Made by a program: the position numbers and the translations under genes. Below the pieces are notes generated by a model. The model was not told where the DNA came from. It did not search any database and saw only the letters and a list, made by a program, of their open reading frames with translations. From the sequence record PP856017.1: 64,000 nt of DNA; one strand, given 5' to 3'. How positions within the stretch are numbered: position 1 is the first letter of the stretch; each line of letters opens with the position of its first letter. This document shows positions 56,093 through 64,000 of the stretch, in pieces.

Positions 56093-56971
56093 ATGGACCA
56101 AATTTTCCAGTCGAACATCTATTCGGATCGGGAGCCAGACCAGAACATGGTCCGGATGAACTCGTTGTTCCTCGACCTGATCTCAACCTCCGGTTACTGT
56201 GACTGCCAGTCGATGCCGCTGAAGCAGTACTTCGGCGACTTCTACACCAAGGCACGTTTCTCGGTGGAGAATACGTTCGACAAATTCCTTTCCAGTGCTC
56301 CGATCGAGCTGCGTCCGGCAAAGGTGTTCGAGCGTTTCGTGAGTACCAATCCGTACGCGGACATCATCCAGTATCGCGCTGAGATCCCCGAGGGTCTCAT
56401 CGTGCCGTATCTGGATTACCTGAAGGTTCTGATTCCCGCTCAGGAGTCGGCGAACCTCATCATCAAGGACGTAATCGATCCGTTCAGCACGTTCGTCTCG
56501 AAGATGATCTCGGACGAAATCTTCCGCAATCAGGCAGGCCATCAGATCAAGGAGTTCGCTAAACTTGAACCTGAATATGTCAGGATCAACAAGGAATTCG
56601 CCAAGTGCTTCGGCAAGAACGACTTCCGTGCATCCGCGGCATTCGGTGAAGTCGTGAAGCGAAACGGTGACTGGCGTGAAGTGTTTGCTGAAACGGCGAA
56701 CCTGAAGAAGCTCTATCAGGCATACCCGATTCAGGACCTCACCAAGAAACTGAACCGCCTGTACGAAATGCTCGACGAACTCGTCGATCAGATCAAACTC
56801 GATCACTACGAGCAGGTGGAGAAGGAAGTCACGCAACTGCTGGGTAACGGCATGTACTTCGTGGCGAAGATGGTGGAACTGTCCGCACTGACAACCTTCC
56901 GTAGCCGCACCTTCATCGAGGCGATCAACACCACGGTGAAGAATGTTGAAGAACTGCCCAACGTGAAGTAA
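56093..56971 (+). CDS. Virion (head) protein, phiKZ gp153-like
   Basis: 292 aa; IPEGLIVPYLDY motif; divergent from uvsX as in relatives. Confidence 0.62.
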   Translation: MDQIFQSNIYSDREPDQNMVRMNSLFLDLISTSGYCDCQSMPLKQYFGDFYTKARFSVENTFDKFLSSAPIELRPAKVFERFVSTNPYADIIQYRAEIPEGLIVPYLDYLKVLIPAQESANLIIKDVIDPFSTFVSKMISDEIFRNQAGHQIKEFAKLEPEYVRINKEFAKCFGKNDFRASAAFGEVVKRNGDWREVFAETANLKKLYQAYPIQDLTKKLNRLYEMLDELVDQIKLDHYEQVEKEVTQLLGNGMYFVAKMVELSALTTFRSRTFIEAINTTVKNVEELPNVK

Positions 56972-56999
56972 AGCAGCAAAAAAAAATAAACAGATTGAT

Positions 57000-57029
57000 C
57001 CATACCGGTGGCCTAGGCCACCGGTATGG
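57000..57029. terminator. Bidirectional hairpin: TATG on + side (57031), U-tract on - side
   Basis: CCATACCGGTGGCC-TA-GGCCACCGGTATGG. Confidence 0.75.
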
Positions 57030-57039
57030 TTATGTCTCT

Positions 57040-57498
57040 CTAATTGTCGGCCACTTCAATTGGCTGGTTCTTGGCAAAGCGTGCCAAAACCTGCTCTTGT
57101 CTGATCTTCGATGCAGCCTGACGGACTTTACGCACATAGCGTGGGTCGCCTGGGTTGTACATCGCGATAGCGCGGTCCATGTTACCAGAGCGCTGCAGAT
57201 TCCTGGAAAGCAGCGTTGCTCCAAATTGCACGTTTGTGCAGGCCTTGAAAAGGTCTTTTGCGTATATTTTCTTTTTCCTCAGTTCGGGGAGATGGATAGA
57301 ATTGATTTGCATGAGCCCGTAACTGACGGACCCGTTTCTGTCGTGGTGAACCGCTTTGGGGTTCCCAGTACTTTCGACTCTGATGATGGCGCGCAGGTCC
57401 ATTTCTTTCAGGCCGTTCTGCTTTGCAATGTCGGCGATGCAGTCTGCATGCGCGAATTGGAAGAGGCTCAGGAGGAGAGCTAAGATAAATAACCGCAT
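57040..57498 (-). CDS. Sec-exported lytic transglycosylase (SLT; IagB/VirB1-like)
   Basis: Signal peptide ...AHA|D; AIIRVES (catalytic Glu), GLMQIN, AIAMYN. Confidence 0.88.
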   Translation of the reverse strand: MRLFILALLLSLFQFAHADCIADIAKQNGLKEMDLRAIIRVESTGNPKAVHHDRNGSVSYGLMQINSIHLPELRKKKIYAKDLFKACTNVQFGATLLSRNLQRSGNMDRAIAMYNPGDPRYVRKVRQAASKIRQEQVLARFAKNQPIEVADN

Positions 57499-57564
57499 TG
57501 TTTCCCTTCTTATAACGGTGGTTTTAAAAAGTACTACAAGCGCTACAACTACACGACAACATAA

Positions 57565-57597
57565 ACCATCCTACCCCCTTGTGAGGAGTAGGATGGT
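57565..57597 (-). terminator. Hairpin with TATG at 57563
   Basis: ACCATCCTAC...GTAGGATGGT. Confidence 0.68.
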
Positions 57598-57614
57598 CTA
57601 GGTTTTCTTCTTCA

Positions 57615-58061
57615 TCATCCGGGTTGATGCTGGAACAACTGTTCACGCTTGGTCAGAAGTTCACGAACGTCGTTGGCGATCTTGAACGTGCTATCGTAGA
57701 CGAGCCAGCAGGGCATCATCACTACGATTTGCCGCGCGATACGAGTCATGTCGTGATCTGACTTCTCGTTGAGGTGATCTGAGCAGACAAGATCTTCTAC
57801 AGGACGTTTGCCCCAGATCTTGTTTGCACAGGCGACCGGAAGTTCCATTGCATGAGGATCGACTTTCGTCAGTTTGAACTCCTCTTGAATCTGCAATAGC
57901 ACCACACGATCAAACTCATTTGTCCCCGCTACCTTTCCTGACAGGGACGAAATGAACATCAAACGTTTCATACGCTGGGGTAAGAGGTGAAACAGGACCC
58001 GCAATGTCCGGGTCTGAAATCTCTTATTCGACAGTTTCATGGCTGAATAACCTGCGAACAA
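57615..58061 (-). CDS. Conserved hypothetical protein
   Basis: 148 aa downstream of RNase H. Confidence 0.65.
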   Translation of the reverse strand: MFAGYSAMKLSNKRFQTRTLRVLFHLLPQRMKRLMFISSLSGKVAGTNEFDRVVLLQIQEEFKLTKVDPHAMELPVACANKIWGKRPVEDLVCSDHLNEKSDHDMTRIARQIVVMMPCWLVYDSTFKIANDVRELLTKREQLFQHQPG

Positions 58062-58077
58062 TAAAGTTGATCATCCC

Positions 58078-59694
58078 CTACGCGGCTTTTTTCAGTTTCG
58101 TCTGCTTCGCCTTGTTCAGGCGCACATTCGAATAGTAACCGCAGTAGGCACCAGCGTCATCTCCTGTTTCGATGACGGTGAAATAACGGAACACACCAGG
58201 AGACTCTTCCCACGAAAGAAGCGTAACCTTTGGATTCGTCTCTTCGATCCTCTTGAGACCATTACGATCAGCCATATCAATGCCGAACGAGAGGATCGTG
58301 GGAAGCGTGATTTCCACGCCATTGGAGTCCCGGTAAAGAGCGTCTACCTCGATCGAAGCTACCCCTGGCTTGATCGACGCCTTCAGTTTCGTTACAGGAA
58401 TATCCTTGTTTTTCTTCTTCGTAATCGACGTCTCATATAAATGAGGCGTCAGATCCGTCACCGCATACCGGTTGATCGACTGGTCTTTGTTCAACCATTC
58501 GTCAAGACGGCTTGCCAGTACGTTCATGGCAAGAACGGCTTCCAAGGACTTCTTTGGTGGATCGACTACTTCCGTGACCACCTGTTTGTCTACGGATGAA
58601 AGATTGTTGTTGTAGCTGTTGGGTTGGTACAAGGACCACTTGCCGTATTCCGTGAACTGCTTGAACACACTGGCCTTGAAGAAAGCGCTCAGATGAGCCA
58701 CAACCATCTCGTCACGATGCCCGCCCAATTCTGCGTGGTGAGCGATCAAGGTCTCCAATGACTCGATGGGTTCCTTGGTTTGAATGACCGAGTAGGAGGT
58801 ATCACTCAGTCGCTTACCGAACAGGCCCAGATCTTTATCGATGGCGCCCATGTAGTAGCGACCCGTCTCCTGGTTGTTCAGTGACCCGTTAAAGAAGAGT
58901 TTCTGATGGCAGATCAGTGGATGTTTGTCCACTTCAGATGCCTTCCAGTAACCCTGTGCGTCAGACTTGTGGAACGCATCTTCCTTCAAGCCAGCCAAGG
59001 TCATGTTCTTACCCAGATTGGCATTGATGTCGGCCAGCTGGTTGCCCAGAAAGATCGAGTGACCCGGAATCCAGTCGCACCGGATATCGAAGTCCTTCAT
59101 CTCGTTCTTGAGCTTCCAGAGATGCTGCCACAGTTCTTTGTTCTTGATTTCGTTGCCGTCGCGACGGCGCCAGTGGTTTTTGGCCCACAGGGGGAGCACC
59201 TTGACGTAACCGTCGAGTGTGTACTCGCTATCTAACCAGAGGTAGATTGTGCGAATGTTCTCACGCTGGCAATATTCGAGCGCCTTGATGAGCGCTGTGA
59301 TTTCGGCGGCGTTGTTGGTCGAACGACCTTTCTCGTCTACGATCGGCGAAGGGCCGAAAGCATCGAGATAGAACAGAGGCGTTACTTCAAGAGCCTCCAT
59401 GTGGCGATCCAGGATCGACATCGTGCCTTCCTTCAGCTTCGATTCGTCCAGGTTCTCGTAAGGATCTTCGCCCTTACGGAATGCGTCGAGCATTGCTTTG
59501 TCGACGTAGCCTTCGTTGGTCAGATAGAAGTCGGAGTTACCACTTCCTTTCTTTGGGAGTTCATTCGAAAACGCATAGCCGTGGATCCCCCAGCCACCTT
59601 CGCCGGGATTCGGAACACACGAGCCGTCCGTATGCAGAATGATTGCATCGATTTTAAGATCGCTCATGTTTATCTCTATGTTGGCATTAGACAC
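58078..59694 (-). CDS. rnhA: Ribonuclease HI with long C-terminal extension (phiKZ gp155-like)
   Basis: HTDGSC.PNPGEGGWG, TNNAAEITAL, WLDSEY, NKELWQ, WIPGHS...GNQLAD. Confidence 0.9.
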   Translation of the reverse strand: MSNANIEINMSDLKIDAIILHTDGSCVPNPGEGGWGIHGYAFSNELPKKGSGNSDFYLTNEGYVDKAMLDAFRKGEDPYENLDESKLKEGTMSILDRHMEALEVTPLFYLDAFGPSPIVDEKGRSTNNAAEITALIKALEYCQRENIRTIYLWLDSEYTLDGYVKVLPLWAKNHWRRRDGNEIKNKELWQHLWKLKNEMKDFDIRCDWIPGHSIFLGNQLADINANLGKNMTLAGLKEDAFHKSDAQGYWKASEVDKHPLICHQKLFFNGSLNNQETGRYYMGAIDKDLGLFGKRLSDTSYSVIQTKEPIESLETLIAHHAELGGHRDEMVVAHLSAFFKASVFKQFTEYGKWSLYQPNSYNNNLSSVDKQVVTEVVDPPKKSLEAVLAMNVLASRLDEWLNKDQSINRYAVTDLTPHLYETSITKKKNKDIPVTKLKASIKPGVASIEVDALYRDSNGVEITLPTILSFGIDMADRNGLKRIEETNPKVTLLSWEESPGVFRYFTVIETGDDAGAYCGYYSNVRLNKAKQTKLKKAA

Positions 59695-59718
59695 TGTATC
59701 AGTGTCTGGCCTAAGTTT

Positions 59719-60036
59719 TTATCGACACTGTTCAACGCGTTGTCTCGTCTTGAGAATAACGTTGGCAAGTATGTCGATGTATTTATTGAGCCGGTCGATG
59801 TAATCCTGGATGTAAGAATCCAGAGATCCATCTTCAACACTCAAGGTTTGGAGTTTTTGTTTGTCGATGGTTGGACGACGCGGATAACGAGGCATGTTCT
59901 CCTGGTCACACATGTCAACCATAACTCGGTTCTGATGAGTAATATATTCTTGAGTTTTATCAGGTTCCGTTTTCTTCGGCGGTGTGGCGCAGGCCACCAG
60001 GAACGCGAAGAGGACCCCCGTCACAATTTTTTTCAT
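59719..60036 (-). CDS. Lipoprotein, candidate o-spanin
   Basis: Start ATG 60036 (GGAAAGAG RBS); lipobox LVA|C; Pro-rich PRYPRRP; extra Cys residues. Confidence 0.6.
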   Translation of the reverse strand: MKKIVTGVLFAFLVACATPPKKTEPDKTQEYITHQNRVMVDMCDQENMPRYPRRPTIDKQKLQTLSVEDGSLDSYIQDYIDRLNKYIDILANVILKTRQRVEQCR

Positions 60037-60094
60037 TTCTCTTTCCGGCAAAATAACCCCGGGAGCGGAGCTCTTGTTAGGAGCCCCGTGTTCC

Positions 60095-60592
60095 CTAGTC
60101 GTCGTACTTGTCAAAGAAATCCTGATAAGACTTCTTTCTTTTAGCAGCTACAGTCTGAGAGGCAACTTGGTCAGAGTTGCCTTCTCCCTCAGTGTGCGCT
60201 TTTCGGTGCTGCTCAGACTTCGTTTTAAAGGCGGTCACGACATTGTGTTCGGGAGGAGCGGGGATTGTTCCCTGGGTCTCAGCCGGATTCACACAGGTGA
60301 CGGGATTCAAAGTTGGTCGCGCTGCCAGCTTATCTTCCAACTCTTTGATTTGTTCTTCCATCCGATGAACGTTTGCGGCTTCAACGGATTTCTCTAGCTT
60401 GATGTGTTCCTGCGACAACTGGTAAAATTTGGGAATGATCAGGAAGAGCGCGAAGATCAATCCCGAAACAAAAAAGAGCAGGAACACCCTCTTTCTTTGA
60501 GTCCTCATCCCCTCTTTCAGGGTAACCCCGCCGAGTACCAATTCTTTTAAGAATGGCCAGACGAGCCTGAAGATGTAAAAAGCTGATGACAT
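60095..60592 (-). CDS. Single-TM coiled-coil protein, candidate i-spanin
   Basis: TM about aa 36-55, predicted coiled coil, periplasmic Cys; directly upstream of the lipoprotein. Confidence 0.55.
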   Translation of the reverse strand: MSSAFYIFRLVWPFLKELVLGGVTLKEGMRTQRKRVFLLFFVSGLIFALFLIIPKFYQLSQEHIKLEKSVEAANVHRMEEQIKELEDKLAARPTLNPVTCVNPAETQGTIPAPPEHNVVTAFKTKSEQHRKAHTEGEGNSDQVASQTVAAKRKKSYQDFFDKYDD

Positions 60593-60701
60593 GCCGAGGA
60601 CCTCTTATCCATTTTATGACGGTTCCGTGTTCCTCATGTATTTTACCACTTTTGGTGGAAAAATTCTAACAATTTTTTTGAACTGCTGTATAAGGTGAGC
60701 C

Positions 60702-62003
60702 ATGAATACCATCAAAGGCTTTGCTCTCAATCGCAATTTCGTCAACAACGCCCCCGGCGTCGTTGCTGATATCGGCGAGTTGTCTCCGCTGGGTTATACC
60801 TTCGCCAAGGAACCCAGGGTCTATTCCTCGCAGACATATCCCACATTATCACTAGTCCACATGCCGACGAACGGCAGCGGCGTGGGGTACACTGCGGCGA
60901 TTCCGGATGATCAAGTTGCACACATCCTGAACGTCATCAACAACATTTACACGAAGTCGCTGAGCAATACCTCGGTGATCCCTCCGGGTGACTTCGTGAC
61001 CTATCTGCAAAACCAGATGGGCAACGCAATCGCCAACATCACTGTTGGTGGTTCGGTCGTTTCCGGCAACCGTTCGATTGTTGAATGGGTCCAGTGGAAC
61101 AATCCGGCTGTCGACAACACCAACATCAACAAGGTGTGGTTCGTCAACTCGTCCTTCATGGGTCAGTTCGACGAATACGACTTCACGGTCATTCCGCCGT
61201 TCACGCCGGTTACCCAGTTCTTCGGTCAGCCGACGGATGTCAAGGCGCTGCTCGCATCGCGCAACTACAACCAGCAAACGCAGGCTGTGGACGATGCTCG
61301 TGCTGGTACGTCGGAAACGTTCCTCTGGGGTAACGAGTACAACTACGTGAACCCGGTGAATGCCAACGACAAGACGCCTGCGAAGTTTGCGGTGCTCGGT
61401 TACGGTGAAGCCGCGAACAACATCGACCTGATCAAGGAAGCGATCGTCAACTATCTGTTGACCAATTCCACCCAGACGCGAGATCAGTGGAAGGCAATTT
61501 TGCCTGACCTTTTTTTGCGAACGGAGGTGATGGTATTCCCCCAGTGGGGAACGATGGCGATTGAAAACGTGGCAGGCGGCACCAACGGGATCTACTCCCC
61601 GGTGCAGATCATGTCCGCTGTCCTCGCACAAGTGACGGCAGATGCGACGGATTACGACCCCACGTTTGTGTCGGCGAACGCGCAGATCTTCACGTTCCCG
61701 TACCAATCGATCTCCATCGCAACGATCGGCAATGCAGAAAACCGCGACGGCAAGACGAAGTTGTCTGACTGGTATCCGGATTACTTCTTCACTCCGAATA
61801 CCTCGGCTGACTTCAACCGCATGTCGCTCGACACCCAAGGCTGGTTTGCCCTGATGATGGCGATGCTTCCCATCGCTCGCGACATGACTTCCGGCTCCAC
61901 CATTCCGAACGGTTACTCTCGCGTTCTTCGTGGCACCAAGATGTACTTGGCCAAGAGCTACGATGACGTGCAGTTTCTCGTACAAGCACAGGCGGCACCG
62001 TAA
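60702..62003 (+). CDS. Virion structural protein (phiKZ gp157-like)
   Basis: 433 aa; IKGFALN...IGELSPLGYTF motif; W..ILPDLF..TE. Confidence 0.68.
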   Translation: MNTIKGFALNRNFVNNAPGVVADIGELSPLGYTFAKEPRVYSSQTYPTLSLVHMPTNGSGVGYTAAIPDDQVAHILNVINNIYTKSLSNTSVIPPGDFVTYLQNQMGNAIANITVGGSVVSGNRSIVEWVQWNNPAVDNTNINKVWFVNSSFMGQFDEYDFTVIPPFTPVTQFFGQPTDVKALLASRNYNQQTQAVDDARAGTSETFLWGNEYNYVNPVNANDKTPAKFAVLGYGEAANNIDLIKEAIVNYLLTNSTQTRDQWKAILPDLFLRTEVMVFPQWGTMAIENVAGGTNGIYSPVQIMSAVLAQVTADATDYDPTFVSANAQIFTFPYQSISIATIGNAENRDGKTKLSDWYPDYFFTPNTSADFNRMSLDTQGWFALMMAMLPIARDMTSGSTIPNGYSRVLRGTKMYLAKSYDDVQFLVQAQAAP

Positions 62004-62638
62004 TGGCATCCGAACTCCTTCCCGGCATTGGAGCCTCGGGGGATTGGTCCCTCAAGACTCCTCTTGACTCCAAGTACACCGCTGGTCTTGCTTATACCTG
62101 CAAGGCAATTCGCAAAATCAGCGAGATGGTCGCAAACGGCATCGACGTTCTGAACATGGTCTATATCCCGAACGGATTGGATCAGACAGCTTACGACAGC
62201 GATGTGCAGAACGATTACTCGATCATCACGCTTCAGTCTGCAGCTGGTGCTCTGTTACTCGTACCGAGTTCGTATCTGGCGGGTTGGCCCAGCGGCGATT
62301 CCGTACCCTACGTGGTCATGGGCATGATCATCAATCTGGGTCCGATTCCGAACACCATCGATCCGACTTTCCTCACGGACAAAGTTGCACCGGTGATTAA
62401 GGCGGCACTCGGTCTGGATCCTGAAATCCAGTACGCTACGTTGTCGGAAACGACAAACAAAACGTATGACGATCACGTGGCTCAAGAAGCTACGCGCACG
62501 GCGGCAATCACGGATGAGAATTCGGATTACGTCAAGCGCTTGAACGCTGAGGCTGATCTGACCGCTGCACAAGCACAGATCGCAGCGCTCCAGCAGTTCA
62601 TCATCGACGCAGGTCTGGCAGTACCGACAAGCTCCTAA
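62003..62638 (+). CDS. Virion structural protein with C-terminal coiled coil
   Basis: 211 aa; TAATG coupling to upstream gene. Confidence 0.65.
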   Translation: MASELLPGIGASGDWSLKTPLDSKYTAGLAYTCKAIRKISEMVANGIDVLNMVYIPNGLDQTAYDSDVQNDYSIITLQSAAGALLLVPSSYLAGWPSGDSVPYVVMGMIINLGPIPNTIDPTFLTDKVAPVIKAALGLDPEIQYATLSETTNKTYDDHVAQEATRTAAITDENSDYVKRLNAEADLTAAQAQIAALQQFIIDAGLAVPTSS

Positions 62639-62648
62639 ACGAAAGAGA

Positions 62649-62678
62649 CACTACCAGAGGCGAAAGCCTCTGGTAGTG
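62649..62678 (+). terminator. Hairpin (GAAA loop) before LamG cluster, followed by TGTGAC
   Basis: CACTACCAGAGGC-GAAA-GCCTCTGGTAGTG. Confidence 0.7.
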
Positions 62679-62713
62679 ATCTTGTGACTTTAATATTTAA
62701 AATGGAACTTATT

Positions 62714-63394
62714 GTGCATGAGTCTTCTCTTTTACTTAAAAAGAAAGTGCTAGCGCCGTCAGGTTCTCCTGAAGCACTCTGGGGCGCTGCCGATATGTTC
62801 CCTTCGAACACGTCGGTTGCATTGCCACTGAACGTAGCTCCTCCAGGAAGCTCTTCTGGCGTTAGTTTTGTCAGCAATGCTCCAGCACCTATTCCAAATG
62901 CCGCACTTTTTACTTCAAGTAACGCGCAGATTGCTTTAACCAATACGCCGTATCAGCTTCACGGTTATGCTGATTTTTGTGTAGAGTGGTGGATGGCGGT
63001 CAATGGCCCCAGCACGATTGCCAGTCTATGGCATCCCGGCACAGCAAGTGGTTGCGCGTGGTCTACTTCGATGAACATGACTGGCGTCGGAATGAGTGCT
63101 AATGCTTCGGTGAACTTAGCCACTTACTCTGAAGATGGGTTATTTGCTGTAGGTGTTTGGGCACATTGTGCGATTAGCCGTCAGAGTACTGCGACGAGAA
63201 TTTTTGTCAATGGCATTCTGAAACAAACAACGACAACTTCCCTGGACTTCTTTACCGGCGATTTGCCATTCTATCTCGGATATAGAAACGAATCAGTCGG
63301 TCTGGGTGGTGGGGGTTATTTGGCTGGCTTTCGTCTTACGCGCGGCAATGCTCGTTACACGCAATCCTTTACGCCTTCCACGGTATTCCAATGA
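62714..63394 (+). CDS. LamG/ConA-like lectin-domain protein (tail fibre paralog)
   Basis: GTG 62714 gives MHESSLLLKKK; ADFCVEWW, WAHCAISRQ...IFVNG, GFRLTRGNARYTQSFTP. Confidence 0.75.
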   Translation: MHESSLLLKKKVLAPSGSPEALWGAADMFPSNTSVALPLNVAPPGSSSGVSFVSNAPAPIPNAALFTSSNAQIALTNTPYQLHGYADFCVEWWMAVNGPSTIASLWHPGTASGCAWSTSMNMTGVGMSANASVNLATYSEDGLFAVGVWAHCAISRQSTATRIFVNGILKQTTTTSLDFFTGDLPFYLGYRNESVGLGGGGYLAGFRLTRGNARYTQSFTPSTVFQ

Positions 63395-64000
63395 TGCAAG
63401 ATGCTCTCCTACTTAAAAAGAAAGCAGCCGTAGCCAGCAAGACTGTGCTTCTCATGTCGCTTAATGGTGACTTGGTAGACCAGGTTGGAAGTACTGGAAT
63501 CACAGCCACTGGAAATAGCTGGAAAACAAATCAGAAGTTCGGTCGGCAAGCAGCTTCGTTCACAACTTCGGGTTACATCGCCGTTCCGACAACAGCGAAG
63601 CTTCAGTTCGCTGGAGACTTCACAATCGAGATGTGGATTAGCATGTCTCGACTGACTGGCGAACAGATGCTGTTTACCGCTGGCCCTGGGATGTATATCG
63701 ATTGTTATACCGGTGTCGGTTATAACGGCGGTTTACCGTGTTTCATCTGCTCCAATAGTCAGACGAACGACCACACCAATATGGTGATCGGAAGCAACCC
63801 GTTTACTGTTGGTACCCTCCACCATTTGGCATTCGTGCGCAGTGCGGGCATCATGAGCGTTTATGGTGACGGTGCTTCACTTGGGACTCCAGTAGCTAAC
63901 TCGACCGTATGGGCTAACTCGTCTACAATTATCGGTAACTACGTCTCTTCCCCAGCTTATGGTTTCGGTGGGGGCGTTCAGGAAGTGCGATTGTCGAACG
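63394..64000 (+). CDS. LamG/ConA-like lectin-domain protein, truncated by window end (not in the ORF track)
   Basis: TGATG overlap; MQDALLLKKKAAV...GDFTIEMWI...HHLAFVRSAGIMSVYGDG...QEVRLS, open to 64000. Confidence 0.75.
   Translation, partial: MQDALLLKKKAAVASKTVLLMSLNGDLVDQVGSTGITATGNSWKTNQKFGRQAASFTTSGYIAVPTTAKLQFAGDFTIEMWISMSRLTGEQMLFTAGPGMYIDCYTGVGYNGGLPCFICSNSQTNDHTNMVIGSNPFTVGTLHHLAFVRSAGIMSVYGDGASLGTPVANSTVWANSSTIIGNYVSSPAYGFGGGVQEVRLSN

Noticed and set aside
1-64000. tRNA, rRNA or CRISPR arrays
   Set aside because: No cloverleaf or regularly spaced repeat-spacer pattern seen; GGTTCGA-like strings (about 33884, about 38405) lie inside coding sequence.
1-64000. Stop-codon reassignment
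   Set aside because: All core genes translate to full length in the standard code, and TAA, TGA and TAG all occur as terminal stops.
62714-64000. Diversity-generating retroelement or invertase shufflon acting on the lectin genes
   Set aside because: No reverse transcriptase, recombinase or long template/variable repeat pair in the window; DNA identity between paralogs is limited to about 15 nt of the tag.

Overview
A 64 kb segment of a phiKZ-like jumbo bacteriophage (Chimalliviridae-type, probably nucleus-forming). Core genes I recognise: the polymerase half of the split family-B DNA polymerase, PhuZ tubulin, large terminase, two large baseplate-type proteins, tail sheath and tube, prohead protease, three virion RNA polymerase subunits (beta N-terminal part, beta C-terminal part, beta' catalytic part), a 2062-aa tape-measure-like protein with a GH19 lysozyme domain, UvsX/RecA and RNase H. 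Accessory genes: a BCS1-like membrane AAA+ ATPase, two GNAT acetyltransferases, a Burkholderiales-style lipoprotein, a Sec-exported lytic transglycosylase, a candidate spanin pair, SLOG and NADAR-like proteins, and LamG/ConA lectin-domain paralogs at both window ends that share an N-terminal 'LLxKKK' tag. The strongest non-coding signal is about 25 intergenic hairpins in two classes. About 16 are followed within 0-11 nt by TATG, including on both sides at two convergent gene ends. Most of the rest are followed by a U-tract. There is also a phiKZ-like early promoter motif (ATATAT[T/A]AC) and an AT-rich locus with interlocking inverted repeats at about 13.2-13.3 kb. I saw no tRNA, CRISPR array, integrase, intron or intein. 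All family assignments come from motif recognition and remembered synteny, not database searches.
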